From: Phoronis australis | Lineage: Eukaryota > Animalia > Phoronida | Length of the DNA stretch: 64,000 bases | Direction: 5' to 3' | Assembly (NCBI GenBank): GCA_002633005.1 | Contig: NMRA01000270.1 | Location: 456,345-520,344 of the forward strand | Shown: piece by piece, positions 23,120-35,404 of the stretch | Position numbering within the stretch: position 1 is the first letter of the stretch | Layout: each line of letters starts with the position of its first letter | The notes under the pieces: generated by a model | The model's database searches: none | What the model was told of the DNA's origin: nothing | Seen by the model: the letters and a program-made list of their open reading frames with translations, nothing else | Position numbers and translations under genes: made by a program

Positions 23120-26100
23120 GTAAAATGTGTTAGGCTGAAGGGACATTAATTAATAGTGTTGCATCATAACTCGATAACCTGTTTGGGCCGGGAATTTAAC
23201 CGACGACTATCTTGACGAGAAGGGTGTGGTCTCACCTTTGGCAATGACCATCGCCTCTGTTGGTCCTACCAGAGGCGATGCAGCCCCTACAGGCGCTCCA
23301 TATGCCGGAAGCTTTTCGACGAATTATGCCTCACACCGACTAAAACATCAAAGTCGCGTTGCTATAAATAACTTTTGCGCATAGAGGAACACTTTAGGAG
23401 GTTGTCGATGTGTTTAATTCCTTCCAACTCGAACAAATACTCCCGTTATCAAACTTTTTATTCGAGCAGTCCCTATTTCAGTTCCCAAAATCGTGAACTC
23501 AACATTTTCACTTGGCGCACGCCAAGAAATATGACCTCATTCTTATAACCAGGCCGAAGGTCAGAAGTTGCGGTCCTACCGGCAAACTTTGAAAGCTGAA
23601 TTCCCTGCCCTCTGCGTACATGCTGCCGGGAACCAGCCGTGCATTTGCCATGTTGCTAAACATTAAAATGTCAAATATGTGCACAAAGACTATTAAATGT
23701 CATATCAACAGCATTTATTTTTATCAAATTCAAACAATAATTCATTGAAACACAATCAGTTTCAATTAACGCCAATTAAAGACAAGTAGTGGTGGCATTT
23801 TGGAAACGAACATTTAACTGACAAGACCGCAATGGCTCACCTTTGGCCTATTTAAAGATTGAGGTCATGAAGTCACATCACCTAGCGAGCGCGGTAAAAA
23901 TTGGAGCGTGCGCAGTATAAAAATGGTGAGTTCACGATTTTGGGAACTGAACGAGTGACTGTTCGATCAAAAGGATCGATAACGGAAGTATTTGTTAGAA
24001 TTGGAAGGAATGAAACACACCACCAACCTCCTAAGGTGTACGCAAAAGGTACTTATAACAACGTGACTTTTATGCTTTAGCCAGTGCGAGGCATAATTCG
24101 CCGAAAAGCTTCCGGCATATGGAGCACCTATAGGAGCTGCATCGCCTCTGGTCGGGCCAACAGAGGCGATGGTCGTTGCCTAGTCTCACCTGTGCCTGTG
24201 GTCACTGTGGCTGACGGATCTCAGATACCTTTTGTGTTTGAACTATTGAATTATTAGGCCTTTGAGTTGACAGTGCTGAAAATGAAACCCCTTTTATATC
24301 TCAAAGTCTTGTGGAGAAAGGAGTGGAAGAAGTGTTGGTTCGAATTAGCCAGCCAACTGTATGTCAACAATCGTCAAAATAGAGCTAGGACTAAGTAATC
24401 TGGCACTAGTCGGATATAATGGACTCTAACTTATTCCAAATAAATCCACTAAATGTAGGTCTAAATGAACGATTTTGGTATCGTTGCATTCCTCAGACAT
24501 CTGGCTTTCCATACAAATCCTTTTCACGACCCTCAATTACTTTAGTCTATAACTATGCTATTCCGAACTCGGTCCACTTTAGCCACGCGCATCGTGAAAT
24601 CGGCAGCCATTTCAGCGAACTTACTGTATCTAGTGACATCTATGGGCAATTTGCTACAACACGCGCTCTTCCTTTTTCATCAGTCAACGTCATTGGTCGA
24701 TTTCGTCAGTTATTAACGTCAGTGGTTATTAATCATCGTACGTCTGCTCTCGTCATCACCTTCGTCGTCTCTCTCACAATCGTATCTGTCATCATCATGT
24801 TATCGTCATCCATGTTAAAATTACATAATAAACCATCCTATCTAATTGTACCATATAAGATAAGCATAGTTCCTGTAAAAACCACAATACTATTACTAGT
24901 TCATCTCCTTTTCTTTTAAAGACAAGAAAGTAGTGCTAAGAAACTGAATTCACTCAACAAAAATATCAACGAAGGGCTAAAACAATTAACAAATAGTATC
25001 ACAACCTAGCTGAATATGTACACCTTGAGATTGTACTAGTAAATGGACACCTTTGGTGGAGGCAGTTCAAGTCTTAGGGAACATTGCGGGGGTGTTAATA
25101 TAAAGCCAAAGACTAAATATACACCGCCTGGGTACTTGTGCTCTTAAAGTGTCGTGATTTTTATGTTAACATGATGTTAATAAGGTTCGTGATAAGTTGA
25201 CGACCAGTGTTCTATCACAGCAGGTTGCATGCAAAATCTGAGAATCAACCGACCTCTTGCCCATTACAGCTGTTTATTAAATGAAAAACGATCTAATAAA
25301 CAGGATTTTCTTGCATCATTCTCTGGCTTTCTGACAAAGAAAATTCTGTCATCAACTTAAAAGACTACGCTTGTGACATGCGCCCTCGCCATTTCCTAAT
25401 TTTTTGTGATATCTTCTAGAAGATGATGACATGTTCACCAAAAAGCAAAATTTGGTCAGCAAGTCAGTCTGCTGGTAATAGAATACTGAAAATTTATAGC
25501 AAAGTGAAACCAATTCTGGTCAACTATGGTCAACTGCACAAAACTTTGTGAAAGAAGGACGAGTGAAAACAAACAGCCAAAATTCCGTGGTCCTTCCTAA
25601 GTATAACTGCAAAGTAGCGGTCTACTAACAGCATTATTGTTGCATCAGTAAGTTCACTGATTTACCTTTGGTTGAGTGTAGTTTTCTTAGGACAATAATT
25701 TTGTGTCAGATTTCGATTCCCTTGCTTTTCCACAGATGGAGGCACTCGTATTGATTCTAGAGAGTAAGTGGCTTCCAGTGACATTGATTAACTTTGTGTT
25801 TGTTTGCGGTCTTCATAATGTTGAGTTGGTGTCTTGTATTTTACTACAGCTCTTGACTTACAAGAGGAAGGGAAGAATGCCATCGAATCGCCAACAAGTC
25901 CTACGAAGAATCCAGATTTTGGACCGGAGGCATATTTTTTGGGTACAACTCAACGACCAGTTTATTTGCTTGATAGAACAAGATGGTGTTTACTGTATAG
26001 TTTTCTTAAAATGTTTTCCATCTAATTTCATTTGCCAGTGTTATGTTAAGACTTAAGTATTGGTCAAAGCTGCATTCCCTGGGCATTTAGGTAATGCAAT

Positions 26101-29100
26101 CGTGAGAAAGAAAAGGGTTTGTTGAATTTTGTCTTGCTATGCAAATTTGCTGTTAGAATGCATTACCTTGCTGTGGTCGTTTTGTGTGTTTATGTACAGT
26201 TTCATTCTACATACAACGTGGCTTTGACATGGGCAGATGTAGGATGTCGTGGACAAGTGGATTTTTTATTCCATCAATTTTTCAAAAAAAAATAACTTTC
26301 AAGAAAGAATTTGTATGTTGGTATCACAGTTTGTATAATTGTCACTGAACAACATTTTGTGAATTTCTAAGCATTTGTAGCAAAGTAATGAGCCTTTTTT
26401 TAAATGCCAGTTTTAGCCAAGATTTTTGTCCCAGATTGTAGAAGTTTTACCTTACATACTGTGTACAGAGGTGTGCAAACTTATCGTGACGTAAGAACAT
26501 GTTTGTTTTGCAGAGGAGAATGAAGAACGATCAATGATTGAACCTCAGTCACGAGAAGATCCAAAGTTAAAGGAACTTGTTTCTGTTAGTATTGACCTTA
26601 AGCGGTGTTAGACTTAAACACACGGGGACGTTTTGTTGATGTGAGACTCTTGGGAATGAAAGCTAGTGTGATCACGTGCTTCTCTTTGTAACACATGCCA
26701 GTATCTAGCAGAGGCTTGCGTGATCTCGCTTTTCTCACAAGAAACTTGCGGTACAGAATAGTTGGGTTCTGATCAAAGCTTTGATGTAATAGTAATTTGT
26801 TTGAATTGATGCCTGCCTCTGCTTTCTTCTTTCACAGCACGATAGTTATAGTTAGTTTTAAGTAGAAAGTGCTGGGTTGTTGTGCTGTATGGAATCACAC
26901 TTTGACTCATTCTGAGCATAGAGTTTAAAATCTGAGTAACTGCGTCAATGACATTTCACACATGGGCAAATCACTATTATGATAGTTTGTGTCATTTTGC
27001 TGCTATCTTTTTCAAAGAGCATCCTTTATGAAAAATGGTCATATGCTCATTCTTCTGACAAAAAATGTTCAAAATGTGATTTCAAGTCTTTTTGGATGTA
27101 AAAATTTTTAATACTTGGCTCATGCTTGAAAATTGTCAAGAAAATATAAATCGCATTATGAGTTTTTAAACCTACTTTCTCTTGGTTATTTTATTCTCTG
27201 TAAGTAAAGATCTATACAGTATTTTTGCTATTTTTATCTGCACCTTTTGATCAAATTACTTCTTTCAGATACGTTTGTTCCCTCACTTTGTATTCCACGT
27301 AATTTCTCAGCAGTGAATGAATAATTGATGTGTGTTATAATGTTGTTTGTTGGATCGTGTTTATAATTATTACAGATTTTACTCGACTGGATTAACGATG
27401 AACTAGCTGACCAGCGTATCATAGTAAAGGACATTGAAGAAGACTTGTTTGATGGGCAGATTCTCCAGAAACTCATTGGTATTGTATAATTCTACCTTTG
27501 CCTGATGTGTTTGTCTCATTGGTATTGTATAATTCTACCTTTGCCTGACGTGTTTGGCTCATTGGTTTTGTATAATTCTACCTTTGACTGACATGTTTGG
27601 CTCATTAGTATTGTATAATTCTACCTTTGCCTGACATGTTTGGCGTGTTTTTCGTACCATTCAACAAGAATGTTTTTGGAAAGAGATTACCAATCTCTGG
27701 ATTAAAGGTTTCACTCATATCATTTGTTTGGAGTTTTTGATAACTGGTTGAAATATTGTTGGTTCTTTTCAATTTTACAATTCTTTATAGTAAAGTCTAG
27801 CAATACTGTATACAATATGGACTAATAAAATGTTATTTTCTTGTTGTTTACTGAGGATATGTAGCAACAAATTATTTTTTACCGTGTTCACATTCTGTAC
27901 AGTAGCTACCACTAGATAATTTTGTGAAAAGTTGTGGGCTATTTTAATAAGCACAGGCCCAGAAATCACTTTTGCATTATATCCAGGTTCAAATGCATTA
28001 TCTTGTATACATTCACTAGTAAGACCGAGCTCGGAGGAGTAAGAGACATCTTTGTGCAATTCTAAATTGTCTGCCACTATGGCCAGGATTCAAACCCGGA
28101 TCTCACAAACGGGAGTCTGGAGCTCAAACCACTTAGCCACACAGTCTTCTTGAGGGCTATCACAACATATTAAAAAGATTTGAAAAATAAAAATGGCATT
28201 TATTTTTATTCAAAACTGGTGAGATTTTGCTGCAATTATCCTTTTTAATTCTGATAGTGATTCTAATTAGTGCTTTTTCGTTCTCTACACTCACTGAATG
28301 TCAAAATGGAGCTCATTAAGCAAATTTGATTGACAAGACAAATATGTCACACATCCTCCCCACAGATGTTGATCGTCATGGATGAGACAGAAATCCAAAC
28401 CTGGACCTCTCATGTGAGAGAAGAAGGTTAGGATTGTGTAGACGATTTAGGCTGATGTTTTGATGTTTGACTGTAGGCCATGGAATCGTTCCCATGCCCT
28501 ATGTCTTCATGCCTCTTAATTTGTCTATAACTGCTCACATCTGTGTTTGTCTACAGAGAAGTTGGCTAGCGTGCGTGTGGAAGTGCCCGAGGTGACACAG
28601 TCAGAGATCGCTCAGAAACAGAAGCTGAAGATGGTTCTAAACACTATACATCAGTACCTCAAAATACCTGCACACTATAACCAGCAGAAATGGAGTGTCG
28701 ATGGTAGGAACACGGCATTTTCACTTTTTCCTGTGTTGTTACTTGGCGGAATTCTTCGAATTCCGTCAAGTATGTTGCTCTGACAGCAAGTTTTTTTTTT
28801 TTTTTTTTTTTNATTATCCTTTTTAATTCTGATAGTGATTCTAATTAGTGCTTTTTCGTTCTCTACACTCACTGAATGTCAAAATGGGACTCATTAAGCA
28901 AATTTGATTGACAAGACATATATGTCACACATCCTCCCCACAAATGTTGATTGTCATGGATGAGACAGAAATCCAAACCTGGACCTCTCATGTGAGAGAA
29001 GAAGGTTAGGATTGTGTGGACGGTTTAGGCTGGTGTTTTGATGTTTGACTGTAGGCCATGGAATCGTTCCCATGCCCAATGTCTTCATGCCTCTTAATTT

Positions 29101-30297
29101 GTCTATAACCGCACACACCTGTGTTTGTCTACAGAGAAGTTGGCTAGCGTGCGTGTGGAAGTGCCCGAGGTGACACAGTCAGAGATTGCTCAGAAACAGA
29201 AGCTGAAGATGGTTCTAAACACTATACATCAGTACCTCAAAATACCTGCACACTATAACCAGCAGAAATGGAGTGTCGATGGTAGGAACACAGCATTTTC
29301 ACTTTTTCCTGTGTTGTTTTTTTTTGTCTGTTTTGTCGTTTCCCTTTCCTGTCCTATTCAGACTGCTTTGTGTAAAATTTATCAAAAAGTTTGTCCTCTG
29401 AGTGAGCATTATGGTTGTATGCCTTCAGAACTTTCAACACTGGCAATACAGTCTAATGGTAGTTTGTTTTGGCTCAGCGTGTGTTATGCAAAATCCCACA
29501 ATTACGCAGTATGTTGTAAACTGTTACAGGCATTCACTCAAAGAACATGGTGTCGATACTTCATCTGTTGGTTGCCTTGATCAGACACTTCCGAGCACCG
29601 TTCCGTCTGCCAGATAACGTCAGCATTAATGTGGTGGTTGTGCAGGTTTGTTGAATGTTGTTGTTGTTGCTGAAGTTGTTTGCTGTAAAAAAGGCTTCAT
29701 CTTCTGAGTAGCACAAAAAGTTTGCCCAAGTACCATTTTATTTCTTCTGTTTGATTCGTGGCTTTGTGGGTGCTGTTATTAGGTGTTCATTGGATAAAAT
29801 TTGTCTGCTCTAATACATTATTTTCAGATTTTGTGTGTTGCAATATCTCTCATGTAGATTTTATGGTCTTCCTATATCTCTCAAATAGCACGCTATTCAA
29901 TGTTTTCTTATGGTAATTTGTAATAAACAAAATCTTTTCCAGAAGCGAGATGGCATCTTACAGAGTCGCAAAGTTCAGGAAGAGATAACGTCTACTAATG
30001 AGTAAGTTCATCACCGTAATATTGTGCTAATAGTTTGTTCAATTTTATACATAAGGAACAGGTTTGAGTTGTCTTGTTTTGGCACTCATTGTTAATTAAC
30101 TTCTTTATAAGTGTTCTGGAACTGTTTTGAAATTAACATTGCCAATTTTATGAGAAACCATTTTCTTTTTGAATTACAGTGCCTGTGTAACCAATTTTTC
30201 TATCAAACATTTATTGCTAAAATTACTAGTTTCTTAATCATTAATGATAATTATGAGAAACGGAGATTCTGAAGTAGTTGTTGTTTATTGGTTCAGG

Positions 30298-30337
<40 letters not shown>

Positions 30338-33300
30338 GGAAGGTAGCCTATCACATTCATTACAGTTCTTAATCAACAAATCCTTATGTCATGCTTCCAC
30401 TCCATCGCACTGATAAATTTTTGTTTATTTTAAATTGTCAGTTGTAAAAGAGTTACCCTGCAGTTTAAATTTTGTTACCCTAATAGTAGCCCGGTGTTAC
30501 CCTGAACTTTCATGTGGTTGCAGAGTTACCGTGAAGTTTGACTCTCATTGCAGTTAAAATATGCTTATTTACCCTGACTTTTGTTACAGTTACAGTGGAG
30601 CCAAGCAGGAGAGAGATGCATTTGACACATTGTTTGATCATGCTCCAGACAAACTGAATGTTGTGAAGAAGGTGAGCCCTTTGTTGATGATGCATGGAGA
30701 GAGGGAGGGGGGGNTGGGGAGAGGGGGTGGCGAGAGGGAGGGAGAGAGAGAGTGGTCTGTGTAGGGGAAAGGAGTTGATTGAGTTTTGTGGATTTTCAAC
30801 ATTATTATTTATGCCCCCAAATTAATATGCCTGTCAGTCTAAAGGAGATGCTGGTTCCATGACTAGTCACTAGATGGAGAGGCTGGTTCCATGTGGGAAA
30901 TTGAAATTTTTTACTTCAAAATTCAACATTTGACATTTAGTTTATAATATTTGCCGATTTAGTGAGGTTTAACACGATACATTTACTGAACACGAAATGA
31001 AGCTCAAGAAACTACAAAACTGTGATTTTTTAAAGCTGTGTACTTGTGAAGTGACTAGTAGCTATTTTAAAATGGCTTTTTAAGACAAAAAGTTGCCGTC
31101 ACAAATTTGACAGTGAGTGCTATTTATTGATTGTTTGTACAGCTAGGTTCACCGTTAGCTCGGTTATTTGAATTTGACGGCAGCAGTTTTGACCTAATAA
31201 CAGCTGCATGTGCCTTTAAAGGTTGTGTGCTAATTGTTATCAAATTGTGTTTGCTACTGTGGTTAATTGTCATACGTAATAGTAACAAAACAAAATACTG
31301 TCATTGCAGTCGTTGATTACATTTGTGAACAAACACCTGAACAAGATTAACCTGGAGGTCACCGATTTGGACTCACAGGTAAGTGTTTGTGTGTTCAATT
31401 GTATGGTCTAACAGGTCACAAAATTTACTTAGACTCTCGTGTAATCTTTGTATGTTAACTTGTATTGCCTGATAGGCAGGGCTTGGAATGACCAATGACA
31501 AAAACTAGGGAATAGATGGTGTATCATTCCACAACTAAAAAGGCTTGTGTGAAATATTTTTTTTTGTGTTGTAAAGTTTATGTGAAGTAAACATTTTTGC
31601 ATGAATGATGATAAAAGAGAGACGTAAAAAGAGGAAACCGGAAATTAAAATGAGAGGAAATCAAAACCAAAAAAAGAATTCCTCTCAAAAGAGGAAAATT
31701 TCAAGTACCTACATAGGTCACAAGTTGATGACTCTCGTGTAAGAGTTTGTATGTTAACTTTCTGCACACATTACCTGTGTGTGCCTTGTTGCCTGTATAA
31801 GTATTCTCATGCTCGTTTTGAGTGGGAGTAGCATTCAGTGATGGTGCTGGAGATTGAACCTGTATTTGCATAAATCACCGCAATAAAATCCAGGAAAGCT
31901 GTACCTACACATTTTACAAATGTTGTGCAAATGCACTCTTCATTATTCGTCATGTCCTGTGTTGAAATTCTGATATAATCAATATCTGATTCCAGTTTCA
32001 CGATGGTGTTTACTTGGTCCTTTTGATGGGGCTACTGGAAGGCTACTTTGTTCCCCTCTATAGCTTTTACCTGACACCTGAAAGCTTTGATCAAAAGGTG
32101 AGATCACCTGTTTAATGATTCGTTTAGATATACAGCTTTCAGTCACGTTAGAGAAGCGTGTGCTATGCTTAGTCATTATACCACCAGGGATTTTTATGCA
32201 CATGACTTGGGCAGAGCATACTAAAAGGTAACCAAGCCTAATACTAAAAAGGAACCAAGCCTTATATGGACTGAGTACAGGGTGTAACTGTTCTCACACT
32301 TCGAAGGGCAATAACTGCCTGGTTTATTGACTAAGGAACAATGTTGCTGGTTTAGATTTGTAAAGTGGTGATCACAAAATAATTAAGTCTCCCACATGTG
32401 AACTTGCGGGGGCATTGTAATAAGGCATGAGTACGTTTTGGGACACTCTGTATATTGCATGGTGTTAAGGTTATATTTTATATGTAAGGATTTATGTAAT
32501 AACAAAAGGTGAAAAGCTAGAAGATACTTTAGACGTTGTCAGTCATCTTATGGTTGTTGAACCTAGTTATAACGTAACCTGTGTTGCAGTGTGGCTTAGT
32601 GGAATAAGTATCCATTTCCTTTACTCAAGATGGTGGGTTGGAGTCCTACTTAGGCACACAGCTAGACCCTTGAGTCAGTCTCTAGCTCCTCAGCTTGGTT
32701 AGCAACATTGTACATACTTTGTATATACTTTGTATATTTCTTCCTGCTTTGAAAAAAGAGCCACCACTGTGAGTCTTCATAGGCTTCTTAGTGATCATTA
32801 CAATGTGTGTGTCCAGACTTGAAAGGTTTCTATTGATAGTGGGCGTCCAAATGACACATTGGGCTTCCTTGCCAGGACGTCCATATTAGTCCATTTGGAC
32901 GCCCAGGACGTACGCTGTATAAAGGCCTGGTCCCTGATGTATATTTCAACTAGTTGTGTCTGTATTACCTCTGTCCTGTTGACTGACAACTTTTCACACT
33001 GTTTTCAATGTCCATGTTTTCCACACGCTAGTCGATTTCACATTTCTCACCTTTGTTCACAGGTTCACAATGTTGGCTTCTCCTTTGAGTTGATGCAAGA
33101 TGCAGGTCTGGCGAAACCCAAACCTCGACCTGAAGGTAAAGGTTTATTGCTGTGGTAGTAATATACAACCTCAAGCCTTGGCCTAAAGATGAACCTAGTG
33201 AATAGTCAGTGACAGTTTGTTGCAGTGGTAAAAACTGAAGTCTTCTCCTTTGCAAAAGTAGAAAAACGCATTATGTAATTAAGCTAGTTTTTGGTGCTGT

Positions 33301-33683
33301 GTAACAGTTCTGTGCCGAGTTGGACTAGTGAAGACAGATACATACAGCTGTCCAATTGTCCAGCTTCTCAGATGTCTTGGTTTCAATATGGCATCTTAAT
33401 GTGCAGTATTAGAACTTCATCGGCATTTGTGACAAATGCAATGTTAAAGGTTTGATGTAACTAGAGGAACTCCATGGTTTTCGGCATGGCACTGTCTCAC
33501 GACTTGGTTTAAAGACATAGACAGTTGTGTTTTATGGTGGTGAAAAAGTTTTTGTATTTGCCTTCAAGTATGTAGGTTACAGTTGTAGTGAACCTTTGTT
33601 TTGCAGATGTGGTGAACCTTGACCTCAAGTCAACCCTTCGTGTTCTCTACAATCTGTTCACAAAGTACAAAGGGGTCAGCTAA
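23020..33683 (+). CDS. parvin: Parvin (actopaxin/affixin family, two calponin-homology domains), 363 aa; exons 23020-23119, 25850-25942, 26514-26584, 27376-27478, 28557-28703 (or 29135-29281), 29530-29645, 29943-30001, 30590-30671, 31310-31378, 31996-32097, 33063-33135, 33607-33683
   Basis: Spliced translation MASPPTPTAKKDKKDESFLDKIGTIGRKKKAKE..LQEEGKNAIESP..EENEERSMIEP..WINDELADQRIIVKDIEEDLFDGQILQKL..EVTQSEIAQKQKL..ERDAFDTLFDHAPDKLNVVKK..FHDGVYLVLLMGLLEGYFVPL..DLKSTLRVLYNLFTKYK; 1092 nt, all introns GT-AG and in phase. Confidence 0.96.
23238..24182. mobile_element. Non-autonomous DNA transposon with about 285-bp TIRs and a 9-bp TSD in parvin intron 1
   Basis: Ends TTGGCAATGACC...GGTCGTTGCCTA; GTCTCACCT at 23229-23237 and 24183-24191; related fragment at about 19990-20215. 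Confidence 0.85.
25850..25942 (+). CDS. parvin: Parvin coding exon 2
   Basis: LDLQEEGKNAIESPTSP; ctacag acceptor and G|GTACAA donor. Confidence 0.9.
26514..26584 (+). CDS. parvin: Parvin coding exon 3
   Basis: EENEERSMIEPQSREDPKLKELVS; ttgcag acceptor and GTTAGT donor. Confidence 0.9.
27376..27478 (+). CDS. parvin: Parvin coding exon 4 (start of CH1)
   Basis: ILLDWINDELADQRIIVKDIEEDLFDGQILQKLI. Confidence 0.93.
27472..27643. repeat. 43-bp minisatellite, 4 copies, starting across the parvin exon 4 donor
   Basis: Unit ctcattggtattgtataattctacctttgcctgatgtgtttgt at 27472, 27515, 27558, 27601. Confidence 0.9.
27990..28144 (-). mobile_element. tRNA-derived SINE
   Basis: Minus-strand A box TGGCTAAGTGG and B box GGTTTGAATCC with tRNA-like spacing, followed by a non-tRNA tail. 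Confidence 0.65.
28557..28703 (+). CDS. parvin: Parvin coding exon 5, copy 1
   Basis: EKLASVRVEVPEVTQSEIAQKQKLKMVLNTIHQYLKIPAHYNQQKWSVD; duplicated 578 bp downstream. Confidence 0.8.
29135..29281 (+). CDS. parvin: Parvin coding exon 5, copy 2
   Basis: Same protein sequence as copy 1, with one synonymous difference seen (ATC/ATT). Confidence 0.8.
29530..29645 (+). CDS. parvin: Parvin coding exon 6
   Basis: IHSKNMVSILHLLVALIRHFRAPFRLPDNVSINVVVVQ. Confidence 0.93.
29943..30001 (+). CDS. parvin: Parvin coding exon 7
   Basis: KRDGILQSRKVQEEITSTN; ttccag acceptor and GTAAGT donor. Confidence 0.92.
30302..30332. repeat. (AC)n microsatellite
   Basis: About 15 AC units. Confidence 0.95.
30590..30671 (+). 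CDS. parvin: Parvin coding exon 8
   Basis: YSGAKQERDAFDTLFDHAPDKLNVVKK; donor AAG|GTGAGC. Confidence 0.92.
31310..31378 (+). CDS. parvin: Parvin coding exon 9 (CH2)
   Basis: SLITFVNKHLNKINLEVTDLDSQ; CAG|GTAAGT donor. Confidence 0.93.
31477..31711. mobile_element. Degenerate CAGGGCTTGGAAT-ended hAT-like element
   Basis: Left 28 bp identical to 9779; decayed right end; flanks GATAGG / CATAGG. Confidence 0.6.
31996..32097 (+). CDS. parvin: Parvin coding exon 10
   Basis: FHDGVYLVLLMGLLEGYFVPLYSFYLTPESFDQK. Confidence 0.94.
32585..32790 (+). mobile_element. tRNA-derived SINE-like relic
   Basis: A box TGGCTTAGTGG and B box-like GGTTGGAGTCC. Confidence 0.45.
33063..33135 (+). CDS. parvin: Parvin coding exon 11
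   Basis: VHNVGFSFELMQDAGLAKPKPRPE. Confidence 0.93.
33607..33683 (+). CDS. parvin: Parvin terminal coding exon
   Basis: DVVNLDLKSTLRVLYNLFTKYKGVS*. Confidence 0.94.
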
Positions 33684-34514
33684 AGTTTACTGGTTCATAC
33701 TGACCAATCACTGTAGCCATGAGGTTTACTCTCAGCTGGGATTTCCCAATTCTCCATTTGGGGTTTGAGTATGCTGCAGGTGTTCGCTGGAGACGAGAAA
33801 AGTTCCGTATGCTAGTTTGAGAATGATATAGATTGTACATTAGTTGATATGAATACTCATTGCATTATCGTCCACCAACAAGGCTAAGCATGCTGCGTTT
33901 TATATTTTTATTATTATATATTACACTGATTTAGAAACAAAGTCAGTAGTTTTTTAATTTAGCTGTGTTCTTCAGGTACGTTTCTGAATAATCAGCGGAT
34001 CTGAAGTCCCTTGCTGCCATACAAGGTTTTGTGATAGAAAGATCAAGGAGTGGTGTTCAAGGCCACTGTAAATGTCTATTTTTAGACTTTACTAATGTAG
34101 TTGTAATTAATTGCCTTTAAAGTTGTCAAATCTGTTCAGAAACATATAATGGTGCTATTTTGTGTAGTCTCTCTGTAGTGTGCTAGTGCATTGTACATTG
34201 TATCCATTAATCTGATCTGCTGTGAAGAGCAAGCCTATGGAATAGTTATTACTTTTTGTTTCTATGTATAGCTGGGTAATTTATTTATTAACATTAGTTT
34301 TCTTTGTAGAAACAATATTCATTGCAAATTATATTAATAGCATATGTTTAATTAGTTAGATTTCAAAAAGAGTCAGTTTTTGAAAACTCAAAGCTTTCAA
34401 AAATGTCACTATTCTTCATTGCGTAAGTTGTGGATGAAGAACCTCCGATGGATTTCAAAGCTTGACTTCAATATTCTCATTTGTTGTTTAGTCATTAACA
34501 AGATTTCTAATGTA

Positions 34515-34691
34515 CCAAAAGACCTCGCACTGACAAACACATGTTTGAATAAAGACAACTTTTCTAAAATGTAGCGACATGTTTAGGCAGTAAGACATCC
34601 ATTCTCAAAATAAAGCTTGAAAATGGTGGTTGTTTTAGTGCCGAAACATGTCGCTACATTTTAGAAACGTTGTTGTCTTTATTCAAACTTT
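34515..34691. mobile_element. Palindromic Penelope-like terminal relic with 12-bp flanking duplication
   Basis: Inverted repeat 34543-34688 containing CTTGAAAATGG...GCCGAAACATGTCG; ATTTCTAATGTA at 34503-34514 and 34692-34703. Confidence 0.55.
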
Positions 34692-35404
34692 ATTTCTAAT
34701 GTAGCATAACCTCAGTTTCAAACACGTGGGTTCTGGTCCAGACTCCTGGTTCATGTGTACCTGTAACTGTACTTGTCAATTTGCTAAATGTTCACCAGCT
34801 CTTTGGAAATATAGGGAATTGGAAGTCGTAAAGTATTTGGTATTCGTGAAGGTTCGACAGTAGATTTGATTGACAAAAGCGAAACTTGTAAAAAAAAATG
34901 GTTGCATTTTGCATGGGTGTAGCCAGACTGTTTCATAAGGTACGCAACACGTTTTTGTAAGCTTGAATTATCTACAAGTACACGCAGAAAATCGACTGAA
35001 CAGGCAATATGACATTAGCCTGACCAAGTCCATCTGGCAGAAACGCAAACAGACGTTATGCCACTGATAGCTCTAATTCTACCCCACGCTCCTTTATACA
35101 CTTGGGCAATTAGGCATTTGGTAGGTATGTTGAAAATAGATAGACATTTCAGCTCTTTCTTTGTCTTTATTAAGGATGGACTCCTGACCTACAAAGCTGT
35201 AGTTGATATGATTTACCTGCATAGATTGCAACAGTCATGTTCATTTCTCTAATTACAAGCATTTAACAGTCCCAGAGATACAGCTATGCTGCACATGAGG
35301 TTTACATGAAACGTCAAACCCAGAAGCCATGCCCAACGCTTGCGTTGTGTCGTGTGCAAACAAAGAAGCATACAGAATAAGAAAATTGACAATCGGGGAA
35401 TCTG

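Larger units (their letters stand above)
28235..29319. repeat. About 505-bp near-identical tandem duplication (28235-28741 and 28813-29319) joined at a single N; likely an uncollapsed haplotype
   Basis: Offset 578; poly-T plus N at 28812 exactly at the junction; only scattered substitutions. Confidence 0.85.

Noticed and set aside
24419-24919. 166-aa plus-strand ORF in parvin intron 1
   Set aside because: No recognisable motif, low-complexity TCATCG-like sequence and no fitting splice phase; probably chance or repeat-derived
27990-28144. tRNA gene
   Set aside because: A and B boxes are present, but the B box is mutated, no clean cloverleaf or anticodon arm is seen and a non-tRNA tail follows; called a SINE
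28235-29319. Duplicated parvin exon 5 as a third mutually exclusive exon system
   Set aside because: The copies include the flanking intron, encode identical protein, differ only by scattered SNP-like changes and are joined exactly at a poly-T plus single N. This is best explained as two haplotypes assembled in tandem; read depth or long reads would settle it.
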